NCBI RefSeq assembly: GCF_018350175.1
Contig: NC_058368.1
Location: 58,344,001-58,408,000 of the forward strand
Reading direction: 5' to 3'
DNA: 64,000 nucleotides
From: Felis catus
Taxonomy: Eukaryota
Shown: piece after piece, positions 12,451-25,112 of the stretch
How the letters are laid out: the number at the start of each line of letters is the position of its first letter
How positions within the stretch are numbered: position 1 is the stretch's first letter
Notes under the pieces: generated by a model
Databases searched by the model: none
The model's input: only the letters and a program-made list of their open reading frames with translations
What the model was told of the DNA's origin: nothing
Position numbers and translations under genes: made by a program

Positions 12451-14423
12451 TTAAATGGTATAGAGAAGGCAGCAAGGTAGCCAGCCACAGTTTATATGAA
12501 TGGATGCTGGCAAATGGAACATCAAGAAGCCATCACGATCATTTCATGTGCAATAGTCACCCCTGCCTCCAAGATTCAAGGGTGTAACGTGCATTTCAAG
12601 CCTTTATTTATGCTGCACTAGCATGTGAACATTCTGTAACTCCTTCTTTTGATTAATCCACTGGCATTAGAAGGTTACTGAGAAGGTGTTTCAGTTCATA
12701 TTTTTTAAGGAAAAGAGGAGCCATTCTCAGGAATTTGCCACAGAGCCAAAAATAAAAGTAATGGTGGTAGCTAATTATACTTAAGGTTTGCACTGATTTT
12801 AAGGACTTATTAAATTTTATTGTGTCATTTGCTCCAGGTTTTGGTTGGCAGTTTGACTTTGATTATATATTTTCCACTTACGGTTTGGAAATTAGTGTGG
12901 TGAATCTATACATTTTCTGTGAACATATTTCAAAATTAAATTGGATTCTTTCCACTATCAGCCATACGACCTATCACTGCAATATATTTGACATGGTTGC
13001 TAAACAGACTGAAATTTATTATAGAATATTTCTGTGTGTGCCTATGACCAAATATTTATTTCTAAATTATTTTTCTACACATCAAAATTTCAAAAATTTC
13101 ACTTATTATGTGACATTAAAATCTAGCTGGCCAACATTTCATAACTATGTCATTAATTGCAGTTATCAGTGATGATGTGATTTTGTCAGAAATTATCCAT
13201 CCAGTTATCCATCCAGTGCGATATGTAGAGGGGGAGCTATAGAATGATCTCTAGCAGAAGAATTAGTGGTTTTAAGACTGCTGCTATGAGATGGAAATAT
13301 ATTCATTTCCGTTAGCCAAGAATTAAGGTAAGATGAATACACAGAAGTCCTATGATACACAGAACCTCAGCACATATTTTTTTAAGTTACTCTTACTATT
13401 TCAGTTAATAACAGCCATTGCAAGAATAAACATTAAATCTCAAATATGTTTATTCATGCCAAGCCCTGAAATAGCTACTAAACAACAAAGCAACTGCTCT
13501 TACTTCTCTAGAAAAAGTACATTGTATCAACAAACATTCCTTTATTTAAACAGTTAAACACACTTCTTTCTTACACAAAACCTTAAAAAGATTAAACTGA
13601 GGAATCACTTGCATTAAATAATAATAGGAATATATTTGATATGATAATTTTATGTGTCATTATATCATTTACATCTGCTTTAACTATGAAACAGATAGAA
13701 ATATACACTGAGAAATAAAGTAGAGCCAAAAGACAATAATATATTATCATGTTTAATAGACTCTGATGGCACTTTTTGTTTAATTCATTTGGTCATAGCA
13801 GAATTAAATAGAAAATTTCAGCCATTTGGAAACTTGCCATTCATTTTATGTAAAAAAGTGCTTAAAGAACTAAAATGAGCAAAATAATGCATTTTTTTGT
13901 TTATGTAATATAAATGTAAACTTTTTCCCAAAAGGACAAAAATCGAAAAGGAAATATAATATTTATTTTATTACAAATTTAGTTGTATGTGATTGTTTTA
14001 TTTTTATTTAAAAATGTATTAACAATTATTTCATTTATCAGAAAATTAATTTGAGTGCCACTGGTGCATAAAATTATTCTCATGGTTAGGGTATGGGGTC
14101 TGGAAGAATTATGGACTATGCTCATGTAAACTTATATGTGTTTCCAAGATTGTACATCTGAGTCTTTTATTTTAGTCCCCTTGACTTTGTACTAATGAAC
14201 GTATTTCAGTGTTCCAAGATGACTCTTGGTCTTTCTCTATTAACTTACTCCTAATCCACTATGCTGTCTCATTTTGTAAATGTAGGACCCTTCGTTGATG
14301 TTCAGCTCATATGTACTCGATCTACTTACAGCTTGTTTAGGGTCAGTGTCTGTCTTGATTAGGCAAGAATTTTAAATATTTCCTTACTGATCCTGTGGAG
14401 TTAATATAGTAAAGTGGTTGACA

Positions 14424-14693
14424 GGGCGCCTGGGTGGCTCAGTCAGTTAAGCATCCAACTCTTGATTTTGGTTCAGGTCATGATTTCATGGTTCATTACA
14501 TCGAGCCCCGTGTTGGGCTATGACAGCACACAGCCTGCTTGTGAGCCCCGTGTTGGGCTATGACAGCACACAGCCTGCTTGGCATTCTCTCTCTCCCTTT
14601 CTCTCTCTACCCCTACTACTCTCTCGTGTGCACACTCATGCTGTCTCTCTCTCTCTCTCTCTCAAATAAATGAACCTAAAAAAAACCTTTAAA
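14424..14693 (+). mobile_element. Carnivore SINE with internal 40-bp tandem duplication
   Basis: SINE head and tail; near-perfect TSD AATATAGTAAA(G/A)TGGTTGA; 14503-14541 identical to 14543-14581. Confidence 0.95.
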
Positions 14694-14864
14694 AATATAG
14701 TAAAATGGTTGAAAAGATCATTTCAGATTGTTCTATTAATAACACTTACTGATATTTGAGCATTATAATAATCATAGAAAAATAATATTCATATAATCTT
14801 AATAATTATAATGAAAGAAGGATATTTCTCTATTAGAACCAGAATAATTTTACTTTTGAACTTT

Positions 14865-15280
14865 TGTAAGATTCCAACTATATGACATTCTGGAAAAGGC
14901 AAAATTATGGAGAGAGTAAAAAGATCATTGGTTTCCGGAGATTGGAGTATGGGGAAATGGATGAATTCATGGAACATAGAGGATTCTTAAGGCAATGAAA
15001 CAGCTCTTTATGTTACTATCGTGATAGATATATGGCGTTTTACATAAGTGCAAACCCATAGAATATACAACACCCAGAATGATTCCTATTGTAAATTATG
15101 GACTGTAGGTGATAATAATGCATCACCATAGGCTTATTAATTGTAACAAATCTATTCTGGTGGGGGATGTACCATTCTAGAGGAGACGCTGTATAATGGG
15201 AGCAGTAGTTATCTGGGAAATCTCTGTACTTTCTGATCAGTTTTGCTGTGAATGTAAAACTCCTCAAAAAGGTATTAAAA
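14865..15280 (+). mobile_element. Ancient L1 3' end (L1MC/L1MB-like)
   Basis: GATTCCAACTATATGACATTCTGGAAAAGGCAAAATTATGGAG...AAACCCATAGAATATACAACACC...GGGAAATCTCTGTACTTTCTG. Confidence 0.88.
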
Positions 15281-15635
15281 CACAGAGGCTCTGTACATTT
15301 ATCTCACCCTGGGTCCCACAAATCTATAGTTGAGGCCCTCCTGTTAATAAAGAGTGACCCAGGACTACATCCTCTAAAGTCGAGATCAGTTATTCTAAAT
15401 CAGAGCAGGAGCATGGTTGTGAAACTGCAGGTGTCCTTTCCCTAGACTGAAGAAAAAAAAATCTAGTATACGGTGTGTTTGACTATATAGGAAATGCTGA
15501 GTTCTGTCAGAATACAAAAAGCTAAATAAATGATGGCTATTTATTTAAAAAAAGAAATAAAAAAGAGATAAAGGTAACTGTAGGAAATACAAATGTTATT
15601 TCTTTTGTAATACAACAAATGAAAGAAATGTAACC

Positions 15636-15880
15636 ATGGTTCCTGACATTCTTGCTACAAAGGATGGTTGCAGGGCCAGTGGCACTGGCATCATTTGAGA
15701 CATTTTTAGATATCCAGTATCTCAAGTCTCAGGAAAGATTTTCTGAGTCAAAATCTTCAAAAGTGCACCAGGAAAATCTTGATAAAGTATAGACTCTGAT
15801 TCAAATTTTAGGGAGCTACCCCGACTGAAAACCTGCCCGGTGAGGCTGATACTGCTGTCTGCTCTTAGCACTAATCAACA
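15636..15880. mobile_element. MER5-like hAT-Charlie MITE (degenerate)
   Basis: GGCCAGTGGCACTGGCATCATTTGAGAC...CTGAGTCAAAATCT resembles the MER5A/B core. Confidence 0.5.
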
Positions 15881-16271
15881 TTTCTCAGCTGTTAACCATA
15901 TGTTTATAGATAGACACAGAAATATAAACATCAAGCATTGATTTATTTCTGTGGCAAACAGTAATGGTAGGTTAAATAGAGGGAAAATACATGCGTGGGT
16001 GTGGTGTAAGAGAGCTTATATCTTATTTTGCACAGGAGAACATCAATCAATTATTTCTAAAATAGAGAAAGTGTTTATATTAAATCCAATTATTTCATGA
16101 AATGTTAACATAGCCATCTTGAAGACTTAATAAAATATCAATATAGGAGTTCAAAAATTACCTTCTCTGCATTTTTGCATTAATCATTCTTTAAATCTAT
16201 GTAATTTTACACCATCAAAATCTATGACAAAGAAAGATTTGCAAATTAATAATACACATTTGAAAAACAGG

Positions 16272-16491
16272 TTTTTTTTTTTAATTTTTTTAATGTTTAT
16301 TTATTTTTGAGAGAGACAGAGTATAAGTGGGGAAGCGGGACCAGAAAGAGAGGGAGACAGAATTTGAAGCAGGCTCCAGGCTCTGAGCTGTCAGCACAGA
16401 CCCCCGATGCGGGGCTTGAACTCACGAACCATGAGATCATGAACTGAGCTGAAGTTGGATGCTCAGCCGACTGAGACAACCAAGTGCCCCC
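16272..16491 (-). mobile_element. Carnivore SINE
   Basis: poly-T, GAAGCAGGCTCCAGGCTCTGAGCTGTCAGC, ends GTGCCCCC; TSD TGAAAAAC(A)GGTTT. Confidence 0.95.
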
Positions 16492-19124
16492 TGAAAAACG
16501 GTTTGTTTGCACCTTACAGATTAAAGTATAAATAATGTAAACTACATGTTATGTTCTATATTTTGGTTTTGGATTTTCTAGAAAAAAAACGTGTCAATTA
16601 AAAAGGCAATCTGATTTCAGAAGCATATATTTGAAAATAAAAAGAAAATAATTATTTGACTATTGTATCTGATTAAAAGATAGTGTGAATCCTGAGATCC
16701 ATCTATATTAACAATAAAAGGACATACTCCAATACTACAAGTTAAAACAGCATTAGCTTTTAATTTGAATAGAATTAGATAATGTGTGGTTATGCTTATC
16801 ATCAATATATATGTATTTAAATTCTTTTGTTATATTATAAAAGGACAAAATATTAAAGTACTTTGAGCAAAATAAGTTTCCCCCTCATTTTCAGTTGTCT
16901 GGCTTTTCCAGAGGTATCCAAACATGTGTAACTTCTTTTGCTTGGCAAGAGAATAAGCAACATTATAATGTTTTAAGAGAAAAGTTTTGTATTGGTACAA
17001 ATCCAAATTTTTGTAAAGTTCCAGGCATTTCAGATTAAGTAGTCTTTAAACAATAACAACAACAACAAAAACAATAAAAACAAGAGCAACAAAAATCCAC
17101 ATGGTCCAGAATGGAGCAATAAAACATTTCCTTTCAGCTTTGTTTGCTTTATGCATCCATTAGCAAAACTCTTACCACACAAGAAGCCCATGCATTTTTA
17201 TCCCTTTGTACTAAGCAATGAAAGTAAAACTGAAAGATACACAATTTTCACTCTACATTCTTTCTTTGACATTTTCTGCATTAAGCTGAAATGAATGTAA
17301 ACAAACACAGATGTCCACAATCGTAATGTCAAAATATGTTTTCATTAATTCTTCTTAAAGGAAAACTATGTTGCACATTATAGTGTGTGATGATGACAAA
17401 TATACATGCCTTAAACGTGTCCTGTAAAACCCCTCGGGCTCCAACATTCTTTGAAATGAAGCATTATCTTTACAACAGGACTTCATCTAAATAGTTTGAC
17501 AGAGGAAGTTTTCCAAAATAAGTGATGATACTTTTCTTTTTTAATAAAGTTTTGACCTAATCACCGTCTCTGCAGCTAATCTGCTGACAACTCAGCAACC
17601 CAAAGAACTTTGCACCAATACAAATATTTTACAATAAAAGCATTTGTGGTATTTTGTTTTTGTATATTCCCAATCAAATAGTAAAGATTTTCAGATCTGT
17701 GACTCCTATGTCTTGGAATACTTCACATGCTTCTATAAATAAACCTCTACTGAAAAACATGGTGCTTTTAATTTTGTAGTTGTTGATGATGTTATTATAA
17801 CTATTATTTTTCAGTAAAACATGGGAAAATGAGACCCTTAATGTTTAAAAAATATCTATTATCTGCTCTATTTTCAGTCTCTGTTTATAATATTTTCCAA
17901 ATTATCATAATTGTTAATTGTAGAAAAATACCAAGAGTGACCCAAATATCACTGCTCTTCATATCAATGACTAATTAGAAGGCCTTTAGTTTCCACCTGT
18001 ATGCTACAAAACATCACTGAGCTTAGTCATTCTGGAATCTACGGAACAAGTACTCTTCTATAATTCCATCTATCTCCTTATCTCATAGCTACACCATGTC
18101 CTTTGTTGCCAGTACTCTCCATGATAACACAGATTCAGTACATGTCATTACACTCCACTAGTATCACCAAAGCTCTACACCTTTGTCAGGTATGGAAAAG
18201 GTTTTCTGCAGAGCCGTGTCACACATGGCCATCTGTGCCTGAAGCAACAGCATTTATTCCAAGATCAGCAACCTGAAACCAAACAGCAAGAAAGATGATA
18301 TACTGGAAATAGCATTGGAGAGTGGGAATGGAGCTACAATCCAATTACAAATCACTGAATGATACTATGTATCTATTTATGTCTATTTACTATGTATGGA
18401 AAGCATGAATTAAAAAATAAAATTAATATGTAATTTTTAATTATGAAAATAACATTTAATCACAATGTTCCTGTTACTACTGAGACAATAGATTATTGTT
18501 ACCTGTGTAGACTTTCCCATCTATATAGAATTGTCTTAATGAAGTTGTCTTTCCAAAATTGATGGTTTCCAATATGTTGAGCCATGACAAGAAAGAATTT
18601 GTCTTTCTCTTCTAAAATATTTCATCCATAGTCTTCTTTCTCCTAATACTCCAAAAGAATGAATATAAATTTCAAAAACGTCTCTCAGAATCAAGTGGCA
18701 ATAAAGACAAAAATTAAACTCTCATTTGAAATTTGAGAATCACCACTTTATTTTCTCCCCAAAGCAATATTTTCTATTTGTTTCCTAAGCTTAATTTTCA
18801 AGAAGATTTCAGGCTTACAGAGTGGTAGTGGTTGTAGCGGCAATGATGATGGCGACAGTGGTGGTGGTGGTGATGTGACTTTGATACATGCCATCAGATA
18901 AGGTAGATTTGCTGTCCCTAAAACACCTCCTTTCACTCACTTGAGCTTGTTGAGTTGAAGATGCCATGGTCTTTTAAAAAATTGATAATGCAAATAACCT
19001 AATTGCCCCCTGATTTCTATTATATCAATAAATATAGAGTAAATAAAACATTAAAAAAATACTTGTGAATGAGTGTTCAAAAATATGCAAATTTGAACTG
19101 TATAGTGATTAGGTTTCCTCTAAA

Positions 19125-19300
19125 ACTAGAATCTCTAAATTCATAAAGAATTGCACCACATACCTGCTTTATAATTATTGAGCAAGATACTTAACTATGG
19201 ACTTAGATTTCACCATCTCTAAAAAGTGGATGATAATAATATCTGAAACATTGGTTTAATAATGTAATTAAGTAAAATGGGCCATAGAAGACAATTAACC
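19125..19300 (+). mobile_element. MIR fragment
   Basis: TTGAGCAAGATACTTAAC...TTTCACCATCTCTAAAAAGTGGATGATAATAATATCT. Confidence 0.6.
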
Positions 19301-19326
19301 CAGTTTCAAAACATATTAACTATTTA

Positions 19327-19554
19327 TTTATTTTTTTTTAATTTTTTTTTTCAACATTTATTTATTTTTGGGACAGAGAGAGATAGAGCATGAACAGGGG
19401 AGGGGCAGAGAGAGAGGGAGACACAGAATCGGAAACAGGCTCCAGGCTCTGAGCCATAAGCCCAGAGCCCGACGTGGGGCTCGAACTCACGGACCGCGAG
19501 ATCGTGACCTGGCTGAAGTCGGACGCTTAACCGACTGCGCCACCCAGGCGCCCC
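19327..19554 (-). mobile_element. Young felid SINE (SINEC_Fc-like)
   Basis: CpG-rich, ends CCGACTGCGCCACCCAGGCGCCCC; perfect 16-bp TSD ACATATTAACTATTTA at 19311-19326 and 19555-19570. Confidence 0.97.
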
Positions 19555-19624
19555 ACATATTAACTATTTAATAAACTTCGCTATTATTGATGAAAGTATT
19601 AATGCTGTTTTATTTTTATTATTA

Positions 19625-20460
19625 TGAAAAAATAATATGATCACATAAATATATGCAGAAAAGCATTTGCCAAAATCCAATGTGCATATATAATAAAACT
19701 AACAATAGAGAACTCAGCAGGGCAGCTGCCACTTCCTCAATTTGTTAAAAACGTCTACCAAAAGATTATATAGCTAACTTATTTAATTTGAGAAACTGGA
19801 AGCTAGTCTATTGAATATAAGGAAAAACTCAAAGGTGTTCATGCACTACTCTTTTTTTTTAATATCATACTAGATGTCCTAGTTAATGCTATGAGACAAG
19901 AAAAGGAATAAAACGTACACAGATTTAGAGAAAGAAATAAAACGGTCTTTGTCCACAGATGATAACTGTGTAGACAATCTCAAACAACAAAAATACCCTG
20001 GAACAAATATGCAATAAGAACAAGATTGCAGGATACAAAGTCTATGTGAATAAAGTTAATTAATTTCTTATATGTTATCATTAAATAAGTTGACATTGAA
20101 ATTAAAAACACAACACCACTCATATTGCCACAAAAAAATTAAATCTGCACGTTCTTAGAGCTTCGAGTGGGGCCACTGGCTATGAACTCCCAAGTGTAAG
20201 TAGTATGCTACATGAGGGGCCAGTCTTTTGCTAACACCACAAGGGGCTCTGGCCCAATGAGTGGAGTTTGATCGCAATTCTTGCTATAAGTTAAATTAAA
20301 AAAATAAAAAATGAAAATAAAGGAAAGAAGAAAAAATTAAAAATTTAAAACAATTTTAAAAATTAAAAAAATGAAATACTTAGGCAAAAATCTAACAAAA
20401 TATGTATGAAATATATCTGTGGAAATCTACAAAGTTCTAAAGAAAAAATAAAAGAAACTC
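19625..20460 (+). mobile_element. Ancient L1 ORF2 fragment (RT region), interrupted by a snoRNA retrocopy
   Basis: ATGCAGAAAAGCATTTGCCAAAATCCAA, AGACAAGAAAAGGAATAAAA, TCTTTGTCCACAGATGA, GCAGGATACAAAGTC, AAATACTTAGGCAAAAATCTAACAAAA are collinear with L1 ORF2. Confidence 0.88.
20146..20291 (+). pseudogene. SNORA62: Retrocopy of H/ACA snoRNA SNORA62 (E2)
   Basis: TGCAC...TTAGAGCTT...ATGAACTCCCAAGTGTAAGTAGTATGCTACATGAGGGGC...GCTAACACCACAAGGGGCTCTGGCCCAATGAGTGGAGTTTGAT...AATTCTTGCTATAAGT matches the recalled SNORA62 sequence; H box ACATGA at 20210-20215, ATA in place of ACA at 20286-20288; A-rich tail follows. Confidence 0.88.
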
Positions 20461-21801
20461 ACAAAAATTTAAAAAATAAAGGCAAGCAAATTGCATACTT
20501 AGTCTTTTCATGGAATTTTATGTTCATGGAAAATAAAATGAAAACACCATAACCCCTTTTTAGTATTCTATTTTAGAAAGCAAGAAAACCATAATTCTAG
20601 GTGAGACATGTGAAATGTACCTTTTATTATCACTACAATTCCCAATTTAATGTGTTCATACATTTCCTTTTTATTACAGAAATTAGCATTAGGAAACCAC
20701 TTTTCTTTAATTACTAAGTAATGCCTCAGGTAAAAAGAATTACATTTCCTGTGATAAGAGTTCAGTGGGGAAAAGAAAACATTTATGCTAATAACAGTTT
20801 AAGCCTTCAATTCATAGTGCTCTCACAGTCAGTAAAAATAGTTTTAAGCCTTCAGCAAAAAGATGAATCATCAACAAAATCAGCAACTAAATTTTAGAAC
20901 TAGAATTCATTGCATTTATAGCAAAACCTGTATTTGAATATTCAACTGGTTTCTCTTTTTTCACAAATGTTTATACTCCCTTCTCTTTATTCTTTCCAAG
21001 GCTAAAAATCAAATCCATTGAACCAGCCAAAACTTTTAAAACTATTGTTTCTGATATTATTTATAGAGGAATAATTCAAAATCCCATGGCTATGACTGAT
21101 TTTTGTGAGACACTGAGCTCCATAAAGGAGCACTACCTGAATATTGCTTCAGGCCAATGTTTAACAAGTTTTCCCAAGTGACCATATAGAATAGTAAAAG
21201 GAAGTACTAAAGGGAATTTTATTTAGACTTCATAACGTGACATCCAACACATAGTTATCACATACTAAAGCTTTTTTTAATTGAAGAATATATTACTAAA
21301 TGTTTTGGCTGGGGTGAGTAGTTAGTTGATCAACAGGCTATTCACATGTTATTTTCTGTAAACTAAGATTTTTCAAACTATGACTATGAACTGCTAGAGA
21401 ATGTTTAGGCCAGAGTCCATGGGAGAAGGGGCGAGATAGAAACCAACAAAAAATCTTTAGTTTCTCCAGGTAATAGTTTTCTTTTTTACTGAAGTATTCT
21501 ACTAGTAATCATTGCTTTGTAATTTTTTACTTGCAGAAAGAACAGGTCCCACTTTACCCATAACTATATTTTTGATTGATTATGTTTCTAAGCACAATGC
21601 TGAATGGTGGAGTTGTGTAGACCAATAAACACTAATAAAAAAATCCCCTGCACTGTAAGAACGAAAGTGAGGCGTAGACACAAATACACGGTAAAATGGG
21701 AGCTAATGGAAGCAATATGTCATATTGTTTAAGATGTTTGAATATTTCACCAAACTGCCTGAATTGGTATCCTTACTGACACTTAATAGTTGTATGTTTT
21801 T

Positions 21802-22030
21802 GGGGTGCCTGGGTGGCTCAACAGGTTGAGCATCTGACTTCGGCTCAGGTCATGATCTCGTGGTCTGTGAGTTCAAGCCCCACGTCAGGCTCTGTGCTGA
21901 CAGCTCAGAGCCTGGAGGCTGCTTTGGATTCTGTGTCTCCCTCTCTCTCTGCCTCTCCCCCACTCATGCTCTGTCTCTTTCTCTCTCTGTGTCAAAAAGA
22001 AATAAACATTAAAAAAAAAGAATTATAAAA
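21802..22030 (+). mobile_element. Carnivore SINE inserted in a MIR (MIR ~21750-22195)
   Basis: SINE head and tail; TSD AATAGTTGTATGT; flank TTGGGCAAG...GCCTCAGTTCCTCATTGCAGTAATGGGAATGAC is MIR core. Confidence 0.93.
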
Positions 22031-24592
22031 AATAGTTGTATGTCTTTGGGCAAGGGTATAAACTTGCTAGGCCTCAGTTCCTCATTGCAGTAATGGGAAT
22101 GACTATTATTCATAGAGACATTGTGAATTAATGAAATAACACTGTAATGTAATTTCTAAGAATAGTCTCTGGAACATTGTAAGTGTTTATTTTTTATGAT
22201 GCTTTGATCTGAATATAACTGGAAACCTATTAATGGCAAAAGAGAAAATACAGAGGTAAGATGAGCTTTACGGTTAACTGAAATAATGATTCAATGATGA
22301 AGTAAAACATGTATTCTTTCTCTCTTTTCTTGCCCAAAGTGATACAGTTTTACTCACTGCAGAACTGGCAAAGGCAAGAAGGATAGGGAGCCAAAATTAC
22401 CTGGAACTTAGAATTGCATTGCTGATACACAATGGGAGTAGAAAGTATATGACAATAATAATAATAATAATAATGGTAATAGGCATTCAACCACAATTTC
22501 ATTTAGGAGATAGATATAGAACACTAAAAATACATCAAGAAGGAGATTGCATTGGCGGTGTAAAATAAATTGGGAAAGTGTTCTCAAAATATGAACTGAG
22601 ATTAGAATAAAGGTCTGGGAGCTTCAAAATGATAGAATAAGGGAAAGATATTATAGTCATGAATGTTACAATATACAAAACCATGTAGACATTTAAAGCA
22701 AGTATATCATGTCTTTAAGTCGTAAATTGGATATTTTAAAGGAATAAAAGTTACCCAAAGGTATAATTAATTATTTCCTTCCTCACCTCATCCTAAGTAA
22801 CAATTAGAATCAAATTGCCTTTCCATTACATATTCTTAAAACTCCAAGATTGCACAATGGCAAATTATTCTTTATTCTCTTCATTTTTTACCATGTAGCC
22901 CAACTCTTCTGTTTATTTAAATAGGTCATAATCACATTTTTAGGGTAATTTTAGCTGGCTAATGAAAGTCTATCTTATGGACAAAGTAAAGATAAGTTGT
23001 GGTTTCTCCCTCTCTTCTGTATCCTTACTGCTGTAACTTTTCTTACATGTTCAATTCTACAAAGTCAAAAAAGGAAAGAAAATTTGTAAATCACCGTGGT
23101 ATTGGTGAGGCCAAAATATTGGACCATTTTTTTTTCATTAAACCAAAATGTTTTAATGGATTTATTTTAATCAATATTAACCTAATTTTGGTCATATTTC
23201 AGTGCCGATTTATTGATTTTCCTCAACTAATATCTATAGTAAAATACTGTATCATAATTTTGTAACCAAATGATTAGGTTTTTAATTTTTGGTTTACAAT
23301 TTATAAGTTGAATAGCACTGACTAAATGATTTAATCTTCCTGGGTCATTTCCTAAAATATCAGTGTATATAATAAAACTTCCTAACTACCTTGCAGGATT
23401 AAAATGTGGATAAAATGAACTTAAAAATATTAAAGTAATATTATCATATCAATAAAATAATAGTTATGATTCAAAGCAATCCAATTAATATAATGCCAAG
23501 CATTTAAGGTAAATATGAATGCATATCTCTTTTCTAGGTGGAAAGTAAGTAACTCAGAAATTTTCAAGAAAGTGATTAAAAGAAATTGCTGATCTGCTGC
23601 TGTAGATGGATACAGATGTCTGTTCCCAGAAGAAGCAGACCCATCTGTGTACACTGCAGCTTCATTGCTCTGGGACAGCTTCCTGCTGAATGCAACACAG
23701 CTAAATCTAGAGCAAATTGAGTAAGTATGTCTTCATCTTCAAGTATGTTAGTCATTTATTTTGCTGTCAGAAAATGTTTTTATTTGTTGTTGTTGAGTTT
23801 CACATCTCTCGTAATTTTATTGCACATTTAGGCAAGAAATCATTAGCCACTCTTCTATATGGTTGAGTGCTTTGACAAGCAAACCGAAACTTGGAAATCA
23901 TGTCATATTCTCTGAGTTATGTACTCTGAACAACCCTGAACCAAAGATATTCAAATGAGGATTCATTCATGCACAAAATTTATTAAGTATAATGGTTTAC
24001 ACTTGAACCTATAAACGTGAGAGTCATAGTCCTTTATAATTCTTATTTTATAAATAACCAATATGGTAATGGAATCTCAAAGTATTTAAAAGAAGATTTG
24101 TGTGGAACTCATTTTACATTGTGCAGGTTAGAACTAGTAAAAATTTTTAAAAGGTTAAATCTGTATTAATAGAACAGTGAATCCATCTTCTTTCTTTTTC
24201 TCTCCATGGTTCTGCCCTGGGATGCACCACACTTTATCTCCTTGTTGATATTGACTCTTGAATCTGCCTCTTACCTGAAGGCCTTTCCAAGTATATGCTG
24301 GCAAAAAAAAAAAAAATCAAACATTTAAGGTTGGGAGGAATATCAAACAGTTTTCTTAAATCTCCCTGTGCTTTAAGTGGCACTGCTACTCACTGTCCTG
24401 CCTAAAAACAAGGCCCTCACACACACATGATGATCATGATTGATATCTTCAGGCTTCAACCACTGGTCTCCTCTGTAATCAAGTTATTATAGCTTCCATG
24501 AGCTTTTGTAATACCCTATTCTCCTCTGGCTTATAAAAATGTACTCTTGTTATATTTCTTATACCTATTCTTATATACTTTTTGCACTTAGA

Positions 24593-25112
24593 TGATAAGA
24601 TGGCTACTTTTCAGTGGCAATTGATTAGGCTAAGGGACAAAGAGCTGGTAAAACATTATTCCTGGGTATGTCTGTGAGAGAGATTAGTATTTGAATCAGT
24701 AGACTAAAGAGATCCATCTTTATCAAAGTGGAAGTTGAGTTGAGGACATCACCCATCCACTGAAGACGGGAATGGAACAAAAAGGTGGAAGAAGGGCAAG
24801 TTTTCTTTTTCTCTTGAGCTGGGATATCCATCCTTACCAGGCCTCTGACATCAGAACTTCTGGCTCTCATGCCTTTGGATCCCTTTGTATTTTGGATTTA
24901 CATTAGTCCCGCCCCCCAACTGCACAAAATTCTCAGGTCTTTGGGCGTGGACTAAATTATACTACCAGCTCTTTTTGTTCTCTAGCCTACAAATGGCAGG
25001 TAGTGGAACTTCTTAGCCTCCATAATTACAAGAGTCAATTGCATTAAAAATCTCCTCATATATTTTTATCTATCCTATTGGTTCTGTTTCTCCACAGAAC
25101 CCTGACTAATAT
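24593..25112 (+). mobile_element. ERV-L solo LTR (MLT2-like)
   Basis: GATTAGGCTAAGGGA...AACATTATTCCTGGGTATGTCTGTGAG...GAGATTAGTATTTGAATCAGTAGACT...terminal TATCCTATTGGTTCTGTTTCTCCACAGAACCCTGACTAATA. Confidence 0.9.

Noticed and set aside
18249..18362. Short protein-looking frame SIYSKISNLKPNSKKDDILEIALESG...
   Set aside because: Bounded by in-frame stops, no convincing splice acceptor and no recognised homologue.
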